Shown: piece after piece, positions 54,698-63,403 of the stretch | Position numbering within the stretch: the first letter of the stretch is position 1 | Layout of the letters: each line of letters opens with the position of its first letter | NCBI GenBank assembly: GCA_023265015.1 | Contig: JAHFUO010000003.1 | Span: 2,866 to 66,865 of the forward strand | DNA length: 64,000 nt | Reading direction: 5' to 3' | From: Acidobacteriota bacterium | Lineage (GTDB): Bacteria; Acidobacteriota; Vicinamibacteria; Vicinamibacterales; UBA2999 | The notes under the pieces: generated by a model | The model's database searches: none | Told to the model about the DNA's origin: nothing | Seen by the model: the letters and a program-made list of their open reading frames with translations, nothing else | Made by a program: the position numbers and the translations under genes

Positions 54698-56116
54698 ATG
54701 GGGCCGCTCGAGGGCCGCCTGTTCACGAAGATGGATCCGGCAACGGGCCGGGCGCTGTGCCAGGTGGCACGCTCGAGCGCGGCGGACGTGGATCTCGCGG
54801 TCGGCAAAGCAAAGGCGGCGCAGCCTGCCTGGGCGGCGACGACCGTCGTCAAGCGCGGAGACATCCTCAGGCAGATTGCGCTGCTGATGCGCGAGCACCG
54901 CGACGCGATTGCCATGCTCGTCTCGAAGGAGACAGGCAAGTCGAAGAAGGACGCGCTCGGCGAGACCGACGCCGCGATCGAGATGGGTTTTTTCGTCGCC
55001 GGCGAGGGACGCCGTTTCTACGGCCAGACGACCACGAGCGCGGTGCCGAACAAGTCGGCGATGGTGATTCGCCAGCCGCTCGGCGTCGCCGGCCTCATCA
55101 TTGCCGCCAACACGCCGATCGCCAACGTCGCGTGGAAAGCGTTTCCGGCGCTGCTGTGCGGCAACGCGGCGATCCTCAAGGCGGCCGAAGACACGCCGCT
55201 CTCGGCGTGGGCGTTTGGCGTGCTCGCGCGCCAGGCCGGCGTGCCCGACGGCGTCTACACGACGCTGCACGGTCTCGGCAAGGAAGCGGGCGCGCCGCTC
55301 GTCGAGCATCCGGACGTGGCGGTCATCAGCTTCACGGGCTCGTGCGAGGTGGGACGCTGGATCGCCGAGACCGCGGGCCGTCGTCTCGCGAAAGTCTGCC
55401 TCGAGCTTGGCGGCAAGAACCCGTTGATCGTCTGCGACGATGCGGATCTGCAGAATGCGGTGACGTGGACGCTCGGATCGGCGTTCAGCAACGCCGGGCA
55501 GCGGTGCGCGGCCGGCAGTCGGATCATCGTGTTCGACGCTGTGTACGATCGCTTCAGGAACATGCTTGTCGACGCGACGAAGAAGCTGAAGGTCGGCGCC
55601 GGCGATACCGATGATTACGGCCCGGTGATCAATGAAGAGCAGATGACGAACATGCTTGGCGCCGTCGAGCGCGCGAAGCAGTCGGGCGCGGCGGTGCTCA
55701 CCGGCGGCGAGCGGCTGAAGGGCGACCGGTACGGCGACGGGTATTTCATGGCGCCGACCATCGTGGAGCCTGTCGACCCGAACGACGAGATCACGCGCAG
55801 CGAGCTCTTCGGCCCGATCACATGCCTCTATCGCGTGAAGGATTTCGAGGAGGCGATCGCGCTGGCGAACGATTCGCCGTTCGGCCTGACCGCCGCGATT
55901 CACACGCAGAACATCAACCGCGCGATGACCTTCATCGGACGCATCCAGTCGGGCGTCGCCGTGGTGAACGGCGGCACGTACGGCAGCGAGCCGCACATGC
56001 CGTTCGGCGGCCTGCGGCAGTCGGGGAACGGCTGGCGCGAAGCCGGCACGCAGGCGCTCGACGTGTACTCGGATCTCAAGACCGTGTACATCAATCACAA
56101 CCCCAATCTGACGTAA
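54698..56116 (+). CDS. NAD(P)-dependent aldehyde dehydrogenase family protein
   Basis: In frame within track ORF 54383..56116. ISFTGSCEVGRWI, CLELGGKNP, FSNAGQRCAAGSR (catalytic Cys), ELFGPI. Start ATG 54698 chosen because the upstream in-frame stretch is a repeat element. Confidence 0.8.
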   Translation: MGPLEGRLFTKMDPATGRALCQVARSSAADVDLAVGKAKAAQPAWAATTVVKRGDILRQIALLMREHRDAIAMLVSKETGKSKKDALGETDAAIEMGFFVAGEGRRFYGQTTTSAVPNKSAMVIRQPLGVAGLIIAANTPIANVAWKAFPALLCGNAAILKAAEDTPLSAWAFGVLARQAGVPDGVYTTLHGLGKEAGAPLVEHPDVAVISFTGSCEVGRWIAETAGRRLAKVCLELGGKNPLIVCDDADLQNAVTWTLGSAFSNAGQRCAAGSRIIVFDAVYDRFRNMLVDATKKLKVGAGDTDDYGPVINEEQMTNMLGAVERAKQSGAAVLTGGERLKGDRYGDGYFMAPTIVEPVDPNDEITRSELFGPITCLYRVKDFEEAIALANDSPFGLTAAIHTQNINRAMTFIGRIQSGVAVVNGGTYGSEPHMPFGGLRQSGNGWREAGTQALDVYSDLKTVYINHNPNLT

Positions 56117-56197
56117 GGGGTCGGGAGTCATTACAAGAATCGAAATCGAGGTCAGTTGGCGTCGTTTATTTCGATTCTCGTAATGACTCCCGACCCC
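56117..56197. repeat. 30-bp-stem hairpin (1 mismatch, 21-nt loop)
   Basis: ggggtcgggagtcattacaagaatcgaaat (56117-56146) pairs with atttcgattctcgtaatgactcccgacccc (56168-56197). Starts right after the TAA stop and ends 6 nt before ATG 56204. Confidence 0.9.
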
Positions 56198-56203
56198 ATC
56201 ACA

Positions 56204-57010
56204 ATGCCATCCGCAGTCGCACTCATCCCAGCACGCCAGGGTTCCAAGCGCGTTCCGGGCAAGAACGTCCGCGTGCTGCAGGGGCATCCGATGCTCGCGT
56301 ACACGATCGCGCCGGCGCTCGAGAGCGGCGTGTTCACGTCGGTGATCGTGTCGACCGACTCGGAGGAGATCGCAGGAATCGCACGGCACTACGGCGCCGA
56401 GGTCCCGTTTCTGCGGCCGGCCGAGTTCGCCGGCGACACGTCGCCCGATATCGAGTGGGTCGACTACACGCTCGGCGAGCTGAAGCGCCGCGGCCGGACG
56501 TGGGACGGCTTTTCGCTGCTGCGCCCGACGAGCCCGTTCCGCACCGCCGACACGATCCGCCGGGCGTGGGCGCGATTCATCGCGCACGATGGCGCCGATT
56601 CGCTGCGCGCCATCGAGAAATGCGGGCAGCATCCCGCCAAGATGTGGGTGCTGCAGGGCGACCGGATGATTCCATTGATGAAGCCGTCGGATCCGGGCGC
56701 GCCGCCGTGGCACAGCATGCCGTACCAGGCGCTCCCGCCCATTTACGTGCAGAACGCGTCGCTCGAGATCGCCTGGACGCGCGTCGTCCCGGAGACGCAC
56801 ACGATCGCCGGCGCTGTGCTCGTCCCGTTCCTCACGGAAGGCTACGAGGGATTCGATATCAACGATCCGCACGACTGGATGATTGCCGAGCGGCTGCTCG
56901 CCGACGGTGCGGTGACGTTGCCGCGCGTCGCGCAGGAACCGTACGGCGCTGTCCGCCTCTACGACGCGTCGCACGACGATGAAGAACGGCCGAGACACCA
57001 GCGACCGTAG
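56204..57010 (+). CDS. neuA: Acylneuraminate/nonulosonate cytidylyltransferase (NeuA-type), copy 3
   Basis: MPSAVALIPARQGSKRVPGKNVRVLQGHPMLAYT...VSTDSEEIAGIARHYGAEVPFLRPAEFAGDTSPDIEWV...LLRPTSPFR. Track start 56156 lies inside the hairpin. Confidence 0.8.
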   Translation: MPSAVALIPARQGSKRVPGKNVRVLQGHPMLAYTIAPALESGVFTSVIVSTDSEEIAGIARHYGAEVPFLRPAEFAGDTSPDIEWVDYTLGELKRRGRTWDGFSLLRPTSPFRTADTIRRAWARFIAHDGADSLRAIEKCGQHPAKMWVLQGDRMIPLMKPSDPGAPPWHSMPYQALPPIYVQNASLEIAWTRVVPETHTIAGAVLVPFLTEGYEGFDINDPHDWMIAERLLADGAVTLPRVAQEPYGAVRLYDASHDDEERPRHQRP

Positions 57011-57042
57011 AGGCGGCTCTTCAGACCCGCCTGGGAAAACGA

Positions 57043-59016
57043 ATGGGTGACCTGCAGACAGAACAGGGCGAGAGCTTAGAGCTCCGATACGTACCCGTCT
57101 CGGAATTCACGCGCGTGCTCGGCGCGAAGGCGGACGCCGCGGCACGTGCCGAAGCCTTCGCGGCGCTCGCGCGGATCAACACGCTGTACATGATCGCGGG
57201 CGCGTGGTCGGGTCACATCGGCACGAGCTTCAGCTCGCTCGAGATCATGAGCTGGCTGTTTCTCAACGAGCTTCGCGATCTCGACAAGGGGCCTGACGAC
57301 TGCGACGTGTTCTTCTCGTCGAAGGGTCACGACGCTCCAGCGCTCTATTCGGTCCTGATCGGTCTCGGCCTGCTTCCCGGAGACAAGCTGCACCAGCTCC
57401 GCCGCCTCGGCGGATTGCCGGGACATCCGCACGTCGAGACCCCGTTCGTCCAGGCGAACACGGGGTCGCTCGGCATGGGCATCTCCAAGGCAAAGGGGAT
57501 GGCGCTGGCAAACCGGTTGGCGAGCGCCCCGCGCCGCATCTTCGTGCTCACCGGCGACGGCGAGCTGCAGGAAGGCCAGTTCTGGGAGTCGCTCGGATCG
57601 GCGGCGAACATGGGTCTCGGCGAGATCGTCGCGATCGTCGATCACAACAAGATTCAGTCGGACACATGGGTCAAGACAGTCAGCGACCTCGGCGATGTCG
57701 AGGCAAAGCTGCGCGCGTTCGGCTGGCACGTGAGCCGGTGTGACGGCCACGACATGCGCGCGATCGAGCGCGCGTTCCGCGCCCTCGATGCGGTGAAGGA
57801 TCGGCCGAAGGTCATCGTCGCCGACACCGTCAAGGGCCGCGGCGTGTCGTTCATGGAGGGACCGAACGCCCTGAAGAAGGAGAGCGACCTCTACCTGTTT
57901 CATTCGGGCGCGCCGCCGGAGCAGCAGTACATCGACGGCCTGAAGGAGCTGCTCGACGCCGCGGGACGGGCACTCGAGGAGCTCGGCCTCGGATCGCTCA
58001 CGACCGAGACGCGCACGCGCAACCCGCGCCGCGAGCCGCGCGACACGCACAACCTGGTCGCGGCCTACGGCAAGGCGCTCGTGCAGCAGGCGGAGCGCCA
58101 TCCGCATCTCATCGTCCTCGATGCGGATCTGATCAAGGACTGCGGCCTGCTGGACTTTGCCGCGAAGTTCCCCGAGCGGTTTGTCGAGTGCGGCATCGCG
58201 GAGCAGGACATGGCGTCGATGGCGTGCGGCATGGCGCGCCGCGGCGCGCTGCCGATCGCTCATTCGTTCGCGTGCTTCCTGTCCACGCGGCCGAACGAGC
58301 AGATCTATAACCAGTGCAGCGAGGGATCGAAGGCGATCTACGTCGGCTCGCTTGCCGGTGTGCTCCCGGGCGGACCCGGCCACTCGCACCAGTCCGTGCG
58401 CGACATCAGCGCGCTGAGCGCCGTGCCCAACCTGCTGATGGCGGAGCCGGCGGCCGAAGGCGAGGTGCACGCGCTGGTCGATTACCTCGTCAACGACGCG
58501 GCGGAGAGCGCGTACCTGCGCCTCGTGTCGGTGAAGTGGCCGCTGCCGTTCACGTATCCCATCAACACCCGCGTGCAGCCGGGCAGGGGCTGGATCGTGC
58601 GGCCGGGCAACGACGCGGTCGTGTTCGGGTACGGGCCGTGGCTGCTGTCGAACGCATGGCACGCCGCGGAGGACATCGAGACGACGACGGGAGCGCGTCT
58701 CCGGATCGTCGACCTGCCGTGGCTGAATCGCGTGGACGCCGTCTGGCTGCGCGACACGATCGGCTCCACCCGCACGATCATCACCCTCGACAATCATTAC
58801 GTGCACGGTGGACAGGGAGAGATGCTGGGCGCGGCGATCGCGGAGCTCAGCCTCGAGCCGGCCGCGCGCGTCTCGCGCATCGGCGTCACCGGGCTGCCCG
58901 AGTGCGGCACCAATGACGAGGTGCTCGCGTACCACGGTCTCGACGTGGCCGGGCTGGTGACGCAGTTCCGCGCGGCGCTCGGGCGGAAGGCGGGCACGGT
59001 CTCGCAGATTGCGTGA
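57043..59016 (+). CDS. Transketolase-family ThDP enzyme; N-terminal (PP) and C-terminal (Pyr + TKC) parts in one 657-aa chain
   Basis: GHIGTSFSSLEIM, FFSSKGHDAPALYSVL, GSLGMGISKAKGMA, LTGDGELQEGQFWESL...IVDHNKIQSD, then FVECGIAEQDMASMACGMA. Confidence 0.8.
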   Translation: MGDLQTEQGESLELRYVPVSEFTRVLGAKADAAARAEAFAALARINTLYMIAGAWSGHIGTSFSSLEIMSWLFLNELRDLDKGPDDCDVFFSSKGHDAPALYSVLIGLGLLPGDKLHQLRRLGGLPGHPHVETPFVQANTGSLGMGISKAKGMALANRLASAPRRIFVLTGDGELQEGQFWESLGSAANMGLGEIVAIVDHNKIQSDTWVKTVSDLGDVEAKLRAFGWHVSRCDGHDMRAIERAFRALDAVKDRPKVIVADTVKGRGVSFMEGPNALKKESDLYLFHSGAPPEQQYIDGLKELLDAAGRALEELGLGSLTTETRTRNPRREPRDTHNLVAAYGKALVQQAERHPHLIVLDADLIKDCGLLDFAAKFPERFVECGIAEQDMASMACGMARRGALPIAHSFACFLSTRPNEQIYNQCSEGSKAIYVGSLAGVLPGGPGHSHQSVRDISALSAVPNLLMAEPAAEGEVHALVDYLVNDAAESAYLRLVSVKWPLPFTYPINTRVQPGRGWIVRPGNDAVVFGYGPWLLSNAWHAAEDIETTTGARLRIVDLPWLNRVDAVWLRDTIGSTRTIITLDNHYVHGGQGEMLGAAIAELSLEPAARVSRIGVTGLPECGTNDEVLAYHGLDVAGLVTQFRAALGRKAGTVSQIA

Positions 59017-59026
59017 CAGCGTCGTG

Positions 59027-59815
59027 ATGACCGTTCTCTTCTGGGACATCGACGGCACGCTGCTGACGACCGGCAGGGCCGGGGTGCCGGCGTGGGAAGC
59101 CGCGGTTCGCGAGACGACGGGGAAGGACTTCGAGCTGTCGTCGATTCGCGTGCCGGGGCTCACCGATTATCAGATCGCGGTGCAGACGTTCGAGCTTCTC
59201 GGCGTGACGGCGACCGCCGAGCTGCTCGCGCGGATGGTCACGCGTTACGAGGAGATGCTGCCGTCGACGCTGCCGCTCAAGCAGGGACGCGTGCTGCCGA
59301 ACGTGCGCGAGGTTCTCGAGGCGCTGCGGGACCGCGACGATGTGCGGTCGTACCTGCTGACCGGCAACACGCGCGCCGGCGCGCGCGCGAAGCTGACACA
59401 CTACGACCTGTTCCAGTATTTTCCTGACGGGGCGTTTGCCGAGGACCAGGGGAACCGGGCGTCGATCGCGACGCGCGCGCTGGAGCTGGCGCGGCGCGGC
59501 GGCCCGGTTGCCGGCGATCGGATCTTCGTGATCGGCGACACGCCGCACGACATCGAGTGCGCGGCCGCCATCGACGCGCGCACGATCGCCGTCGCGACCG
59601 GCGGCTACACGGTGGAGGAGCTGTCGACGCATCAACCCTGGCGCGTGTGTGCCGAGCTTCCGCCTCCCTCCGAGTTTCTGCCGATGATCGACGAGCCGCG
59701 ATCGGCATCCGCTCGGGAGATGGGCCGGCTGTCCGCCTCCGCGCGAGGCGCTACGGACGGACCGGCCGAAGCACAGGGCGAAGGCGGGAAGCCCGCCCCT
59801 ACGGTGCGCGGATGA
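59027..59815 (+). CDS. HAD-superfamily hydrolase (phosphatase candidate)
   Basis: MTVLFWDIDGTLL (DxDGT), LLTGNTR, FVIGDTPHDIECA. Low-complexity C-terminal tail. Confidence 0.75.
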   Translation: MTVLFWDIDGTLLTTGRAGVPAWEAAVRETTGKDFELSSIRVPGLTDYQIAVQTFELLGVTATAELLARMVTRYEEMLPSTLPLKQGRVLPNVREVLEALRDRDDVRSYLLTGNTRAGARAKLTHYDLFQYFPDGAFAEDQGNRASIATRALELARRGGPVAGDRIFVIGDTPHDIECAAAIDARTIAVATGGYTVEELSTHQPWRVCAELPPPSEFLPMIDEPRSASAREMGRLSASARGATDGPAEAQGEGGKPAPTVRG

Positions 59816-61530
59816 GGCATGTCATCCGGAACTTTCCGGCGCTCTGGCGGGCGAGCCGCCTCGCACGGCGTTGGTACTACGCGCGATGGAACGCCTATCC
59901 GGACTGGCGGGAGCCGCTGGCGGCCGATCGCGGGCTGTGGGACTCCGCGCGCACCGCGGCGCAGGGCGGGCCGCGCGTGCTGATGGCGACGTCGATCGGC
60001 TCGTACGCGCACGCGGTGACGCTCGAGAGCGCGCTCGCGGCAGCGCTCACGTTCCGCGGCGCCGAGGTCCACGCACTCCTCTGCGACGGCGCGATGACCG
60101 CCTGCGCGGAATGCGAAGCGTCGCTCTATCCGAACCTGAAGCACTTCGCCGACCACGGCCCGTCGCGCGATTTGTGCCGTGACTGCCGGTGGCCCGCCGA
60201 GCGCGTCTACGCGCAGCTTGGCCTCAAGGTCCATCGCTTCGGCGACTGGCTCACCCCCGCCGATCGAGCAGACGCGCATCGCATCGCGTCGACGCTGGCT
60301 GTCGGCGAGGTCGAACACTTCAGCCTCGACGGCCTCGCGATTGGCGAGCACGCGCATGCCGGCGCGCTTCGGTTCTTCGCGACCGGCTCGCTGGATCAGG
60401 AACCCTACTCCGAGGCCATCCAGCGCCGTTACCTCGAATCGGCCCTGCTGACCGCCTCCGCCACGAGGCGGCTCATGCGCGAAGTCGGGTTCTCCTCGGC
60501 GGTCTTCACGCACGGCATCTACGTGCCGTGGGGGATTGTCGGCGAGGTGGCGCGTCGCGAGGGCGTGCGCGTCTCCAACTGGAACGTCGCCTATCGGAAG
60601 CGCCGCTTCATCTTCAGCCACGGCGACACGTACCATCACACGCTGCTGAGCGAGCCGCGCGAGCACTGGGAGCAGCTCGAGATCTCCCCGGCGCAGGAGC
60701 GCGAGCTGATGCAGTACCTCGCAAGCCGCCGCGAGGGGATGTTCGACTGGATCGTCTTCCATCGGCCGACGAAACAGGACCCGCAGGAGATCGCCCGGGC
60801 AATCGGACTCGACCCGTCGAAGCCGGCGATCGGCCTGCTGACCAACGTGTCGTGGGACGCGCAGCTGCATTATCCCGCCAACGCGTTCCCGAACATGCTC
60901 GAGTGGCTCGTGCAGACATGCGAGTACTTCGCGACGCGTCCGGACCTGCAGCTGCTCATTCGCGTGCACCCGGCGGAGATCAGCGGCTTCCCGCCGTCGC
61001 GCCAGCCGATCCTCGCGGAGCTGCGCACGCGCCTCCCGCGCCTCTCGCCGAACATCATCGTCGTGCCGCCGGAGAGCGGCTTGAGCACGTACGCGCTCAT
61101 GTCGCTGTGCAATTCGGCGATCATCTATGGCACCAAGATGGGCGTGGAGCTGACGAGCGTCGGGCTGCCGGTGATCGTGGCGGGCGAAGCGTGGATCCGC
61201 AACAAGGGGATCACGCTCGATGCGACCACGCCTGAGGAATATTTCCGGCTGCTGTCGCAGCTCCCGTGTGCCGATCGCCTCGCCTCGGCGCAGCTGGCTC
61301 GCGCGCGCCGCTACGCGTATCACTTCTTCTTCAACCGCATGATTCCGCTGCCGTTCATCGAGCCGAAGGCCGGATATCCGATCTACCGCCTGAAGCTCGA
61401 TCGGCTGCAGCAGCTGCTGCCGGGCGCGTCCCCGGGGCTCGACACGATCTGCAACGGCATCCTCGCCAGCGCGCCGTTCGTGCTGCGCGACAAGGGGAGC
61501 AGGACGCCGGAGCTTACCGCCGCCCGTTGA
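59812..61530 (+). CDS. Cys-rich GT-B-like protein with HP motif (capsule-biosynthesis KpsS/KpsC-like candidate; distant relative of family A)
   Basis: ATGA overlap. VLMATSIGSYAHAVTLESALAAALTFRGAEVHALLCDGAMTACAECEA...CRDCRW; LLIRVHPAEISGF; CNSAIIYGTKMGVELTSVGLPVIVAG. Confidence 0.5.
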   Translation: MRHVIRNFPALWRASRLARRWYYARWNAYPDWREPLAADRGLWDSARTAAQGGPRVLMATSIGSYAHAVTLESALAAALTFRGAEVHALLCDGAMTACAECEASLYPNLKHFADHGPSRDLCRDCRWPAERVYAQLGLKVHRFGDWLTPADRADAHRIASTLAVGEVEHFSLDGLAIGEHAHAGALRFFATGSLDQEPYSEAIQRRYLESALLTASATRRLMREVGFSSAVFTHGIYVPWGIVGEVARREGVRVSNWNVAYRKRRFIFSHGDTYHHTLLSEPREHWEQLEISPAQERELMQYLASRREGMFDWIVFHRPTKQDPQEIARAIGLDPSKPAIGLLTNVSWDAQLHYPANAFPNMLEWLVQTCEYFATRPDLQLLIRVHPAEISGFPPSRQPILAELRTRLPRLSPNIIVVPPESGLSTYALMSLCNSAIIYGTKMGVELTSVGLPVIVAGEAWIRNKGITLDATTPEEYFRLLSQLPCADRLASAQLARARRYAYHFFFNRMIPLPFIEPKAGYPIYRLKLDRLQQLLPGASPGLDTICNGILASAPFVLRDKGSRTPELTAAR

Positions 61531-63314
61531 TATATCTCCCAATCGCGTTCCTCATCTCGCTGGCTGCCAGCGTCGCTCTGTGCGCGATCGTTCGCCGCGC
61601 GGCGCCGGCGATCGGGGCGATCGTTCCGCCCAGCGCCGACCGCTGGCACAGCGAGCCGACGCCGACGATGGGCGGCCTGGCGATCGCGGCGGCGACGGTG
61701 CTTGGGTTCGGCGCGGTGGTGGCGCGCGTGGACGTGACGGCGGTGCCCGCCGCATGGCTGCCGATTCCGCTTGCCGCGGTTGCCATGTTCATCGTCGGCG
61801 TGCTCGACGATCGCCTGCAGCTGTCGCCGCTGGCGAAGCTCGTGTCGTCGCTCATCATCGGGGCGTTTCTCGTGTTCTCGATGGCGACGAGACCGGACGC
61901 GGCGCTGCCATGGACCCACACCCTCGTCGCGACGATCTGGTTTGCAGGTGTGTGCCACGCGCTGAACTTGCTGGACAACATGGACGGGCTTGCCGCCGGC
62001 GTGGCGCTGATTGCCGCGGCGTTCCTGGCGTGGCTGCTCGCGCCGGCGCTCGGCGGCCCGCTCGTGCTGCTGCTCGTCGGCCTGTGCGGCGCGCTCCTGG
62101 GATTTCTGTACTGGAACCGTCCCCCGGCGCGCCTGTTCATGGGCGATTGCGGGAGCCTGTTCATCGGCGCCGTGCTCGCGGGAGCGTCGCTGACGCCGGC
62201 CCTGCAGGAGCGAAGCAGCTTTCCGTGGACGTCGGTGCTCGTCGTGGTCGTCCTGGTCGTGCCGCTGTTCGACACCGGGTTCGTGCTCGTGCTCCGGCGC
62301 TTCGCCGGCCGCAGCGCCACGCGCGGCGGCACCGATCACGTGTCGCATCGGCTCGTGTCGCTCGGCTTCTCGGAGCGAAGCGCCGTCCGCATCCTGTATC
62401 TCGTGGGAATCGTCGGCGGATTGACCGCGTGGGGGCTCGTGCTCGGCGGCATCGATCAGATGCTGCCGCTGGCGGCGCTTTTCGCCGTCGTCGTGACGCT
62501 GGTGGGAGTCTATCTCGCACGGGTGCAGGCGTACAACGCGCAGGACTTCGCGGCGCTCGAGAGCTCGTCGTTCGCGCCGCTCCTCAAGGACCTGACGTTC
62601 CGGTGGCACGCGGGCGAGGTGATGCTCGACCTGGTGCTGATCGCCGCGTGCTACTACTTCGCGTACCGCCTCCGCTTCGAGGGCGAGAGCCTCGACCACT
62701 TCCTCCCGTACTTCACCGCATCCCTGCCGGTCGTGCTCGGCTGCAAGCTCGCGTCGCTGTATGGCTCCGGACTGTACCAACGCTCGTGGGAGACCTTCGG
62801 CCTGCGCGACGTGGCGGTCGTGCTGCGGGGGGTGTTCATGGGTTCGCTGCTCTCGATCCTCGCCGCGGCCTATTTCTACCGCCTCGAGGGCTTCTCGCGC
62901 GTGGTCTTCATGCTCGATGCGCTGCTGCTGACGGTGGCGATCATCGGCACGCGCGCCTCGTTTCGCAGCATGAGCCTTGTCGCCGCATCGCGGAACAAGA
63001 GGAGCCGCCGCGTGCTCGTGTACGGCGCGGGCGCGTTCGGCCAGATGATCGTGCGCGAGATGCGCGCCAACACCGAGTGGGCGATGAACCCGGTCGCGTT
63101 CATCGACGACGACCCGACGAAGGCGCATCGCTGGATCATGGGCGTGCCGGTGCGCGGCGCGCTCGGCGAGCTCGAGGCGACGATGCGCCGCTACTCGGTG
63201 GACGAAGTGATCCTGAGCAGCCCGTCGATCAACGGCACGATCGAGCACCGGATTCGTGAAGTCTGCCTGGAGCTCGAGTGTCCCGTGCGCCGGCTTCACA
63301 TGGACATTCAGTGA
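61527..63314 (+). CDS. WecA/MraY-family polyprenyl-phosphate HexNAc-1-phosphate transferase fused to a C-terminal TM + Rossmann (CoA-binding-like) module
   Basis: VLDDRLQLSPLAKL, NLLDNMDGLAAG, LFMGDCGSLFIG. C-terminal RVLVYGAGAFGQMIVREM...AFIDDDPTKAHRWIMGVPVRG...VDEVILSSP resembles the N-terminal module of WbaP/PglF/CapD-type proteins. TTG 61527 start inferred (TTGA overlap). Confidence 0.7.
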   Translation: MIYLPIAFLISLAASVALCAIVRRAAPAIGAIVPPSADRWHSEPTPTMGGLAIAAATVLGFGAVVARVDVTAVPAAWLPIPLAAVAMFIVGVLDDRLQLSPLAKLVSSLIIGAFLVFSMATRPDAALPWTHTLVATIWFAGVCHALNLLDNMDGLAAGVALIAAAFLAWLLAPALGGPLVLLLVGLCGALLGFLYWNRPPARLFMGDCGSLFIGAVLAGASLTPALQERSSFPWTSVLVVVVLVVPLFDTGFVLVLRRFAGRSATRGGTDHVSHRLVSLGFSERSAVRILYLVGIVGGLTAWGLVLGGIDQMLPLAALFAVVVTLVGVYLARVQAYNAQDFAALESSSFAPLLKDLTFRWHAGEVMLDLVLIAACYYFAYRLRFEGESLDHFLPYFTASLPVVLGCKLASLYGSGLYQRSWETFGLRDVAVVLRGVFMGSLLSILAAAYFYRLEGFSRVVFMLDALLLTVAIIGTRASFRSMSLVAASRNKRSRRVLVYGAGAFGQMIVREMRANTEWAMNPVAFIDDDPTKAHRWIMGVPVRGALGELEATMRRYSVDEVILSSPSINGTIEHRIREVCLELECPVRRLHMDIQ

Positions 63315-63324
63315 TGCAGGTCAT

Positions 63325-63403
63325 GCCAAATGCAACATTCAAGATGCGAACACTGAGGCCGCAACCACGTCCTGTTTGCATTTTGCATTTTGCGTCTTGA
63401 ATT
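63325..63403. repeat. TTTGCAT-unit imperfect palindrome
   Basis: gccaaatgcaacattcaagatgcgaacac ... tgtttgcattttgcattttgcgtcttgaatt. Partial complementarity (attcaagatgcgaa / ttgcgtcttgaat) and three 7-nt tgcattt-like units. Confidence 0.55.

Noticed and set aside
56156-56203. Track start (56156) of the third neuA-type gene
   Set aside because: The first 16 codons lie in the loop and right arm of the 30-bp hairpin. MPSAVALIPARQGSKR from ATG 56204 matches the usual N-terminus of this family.
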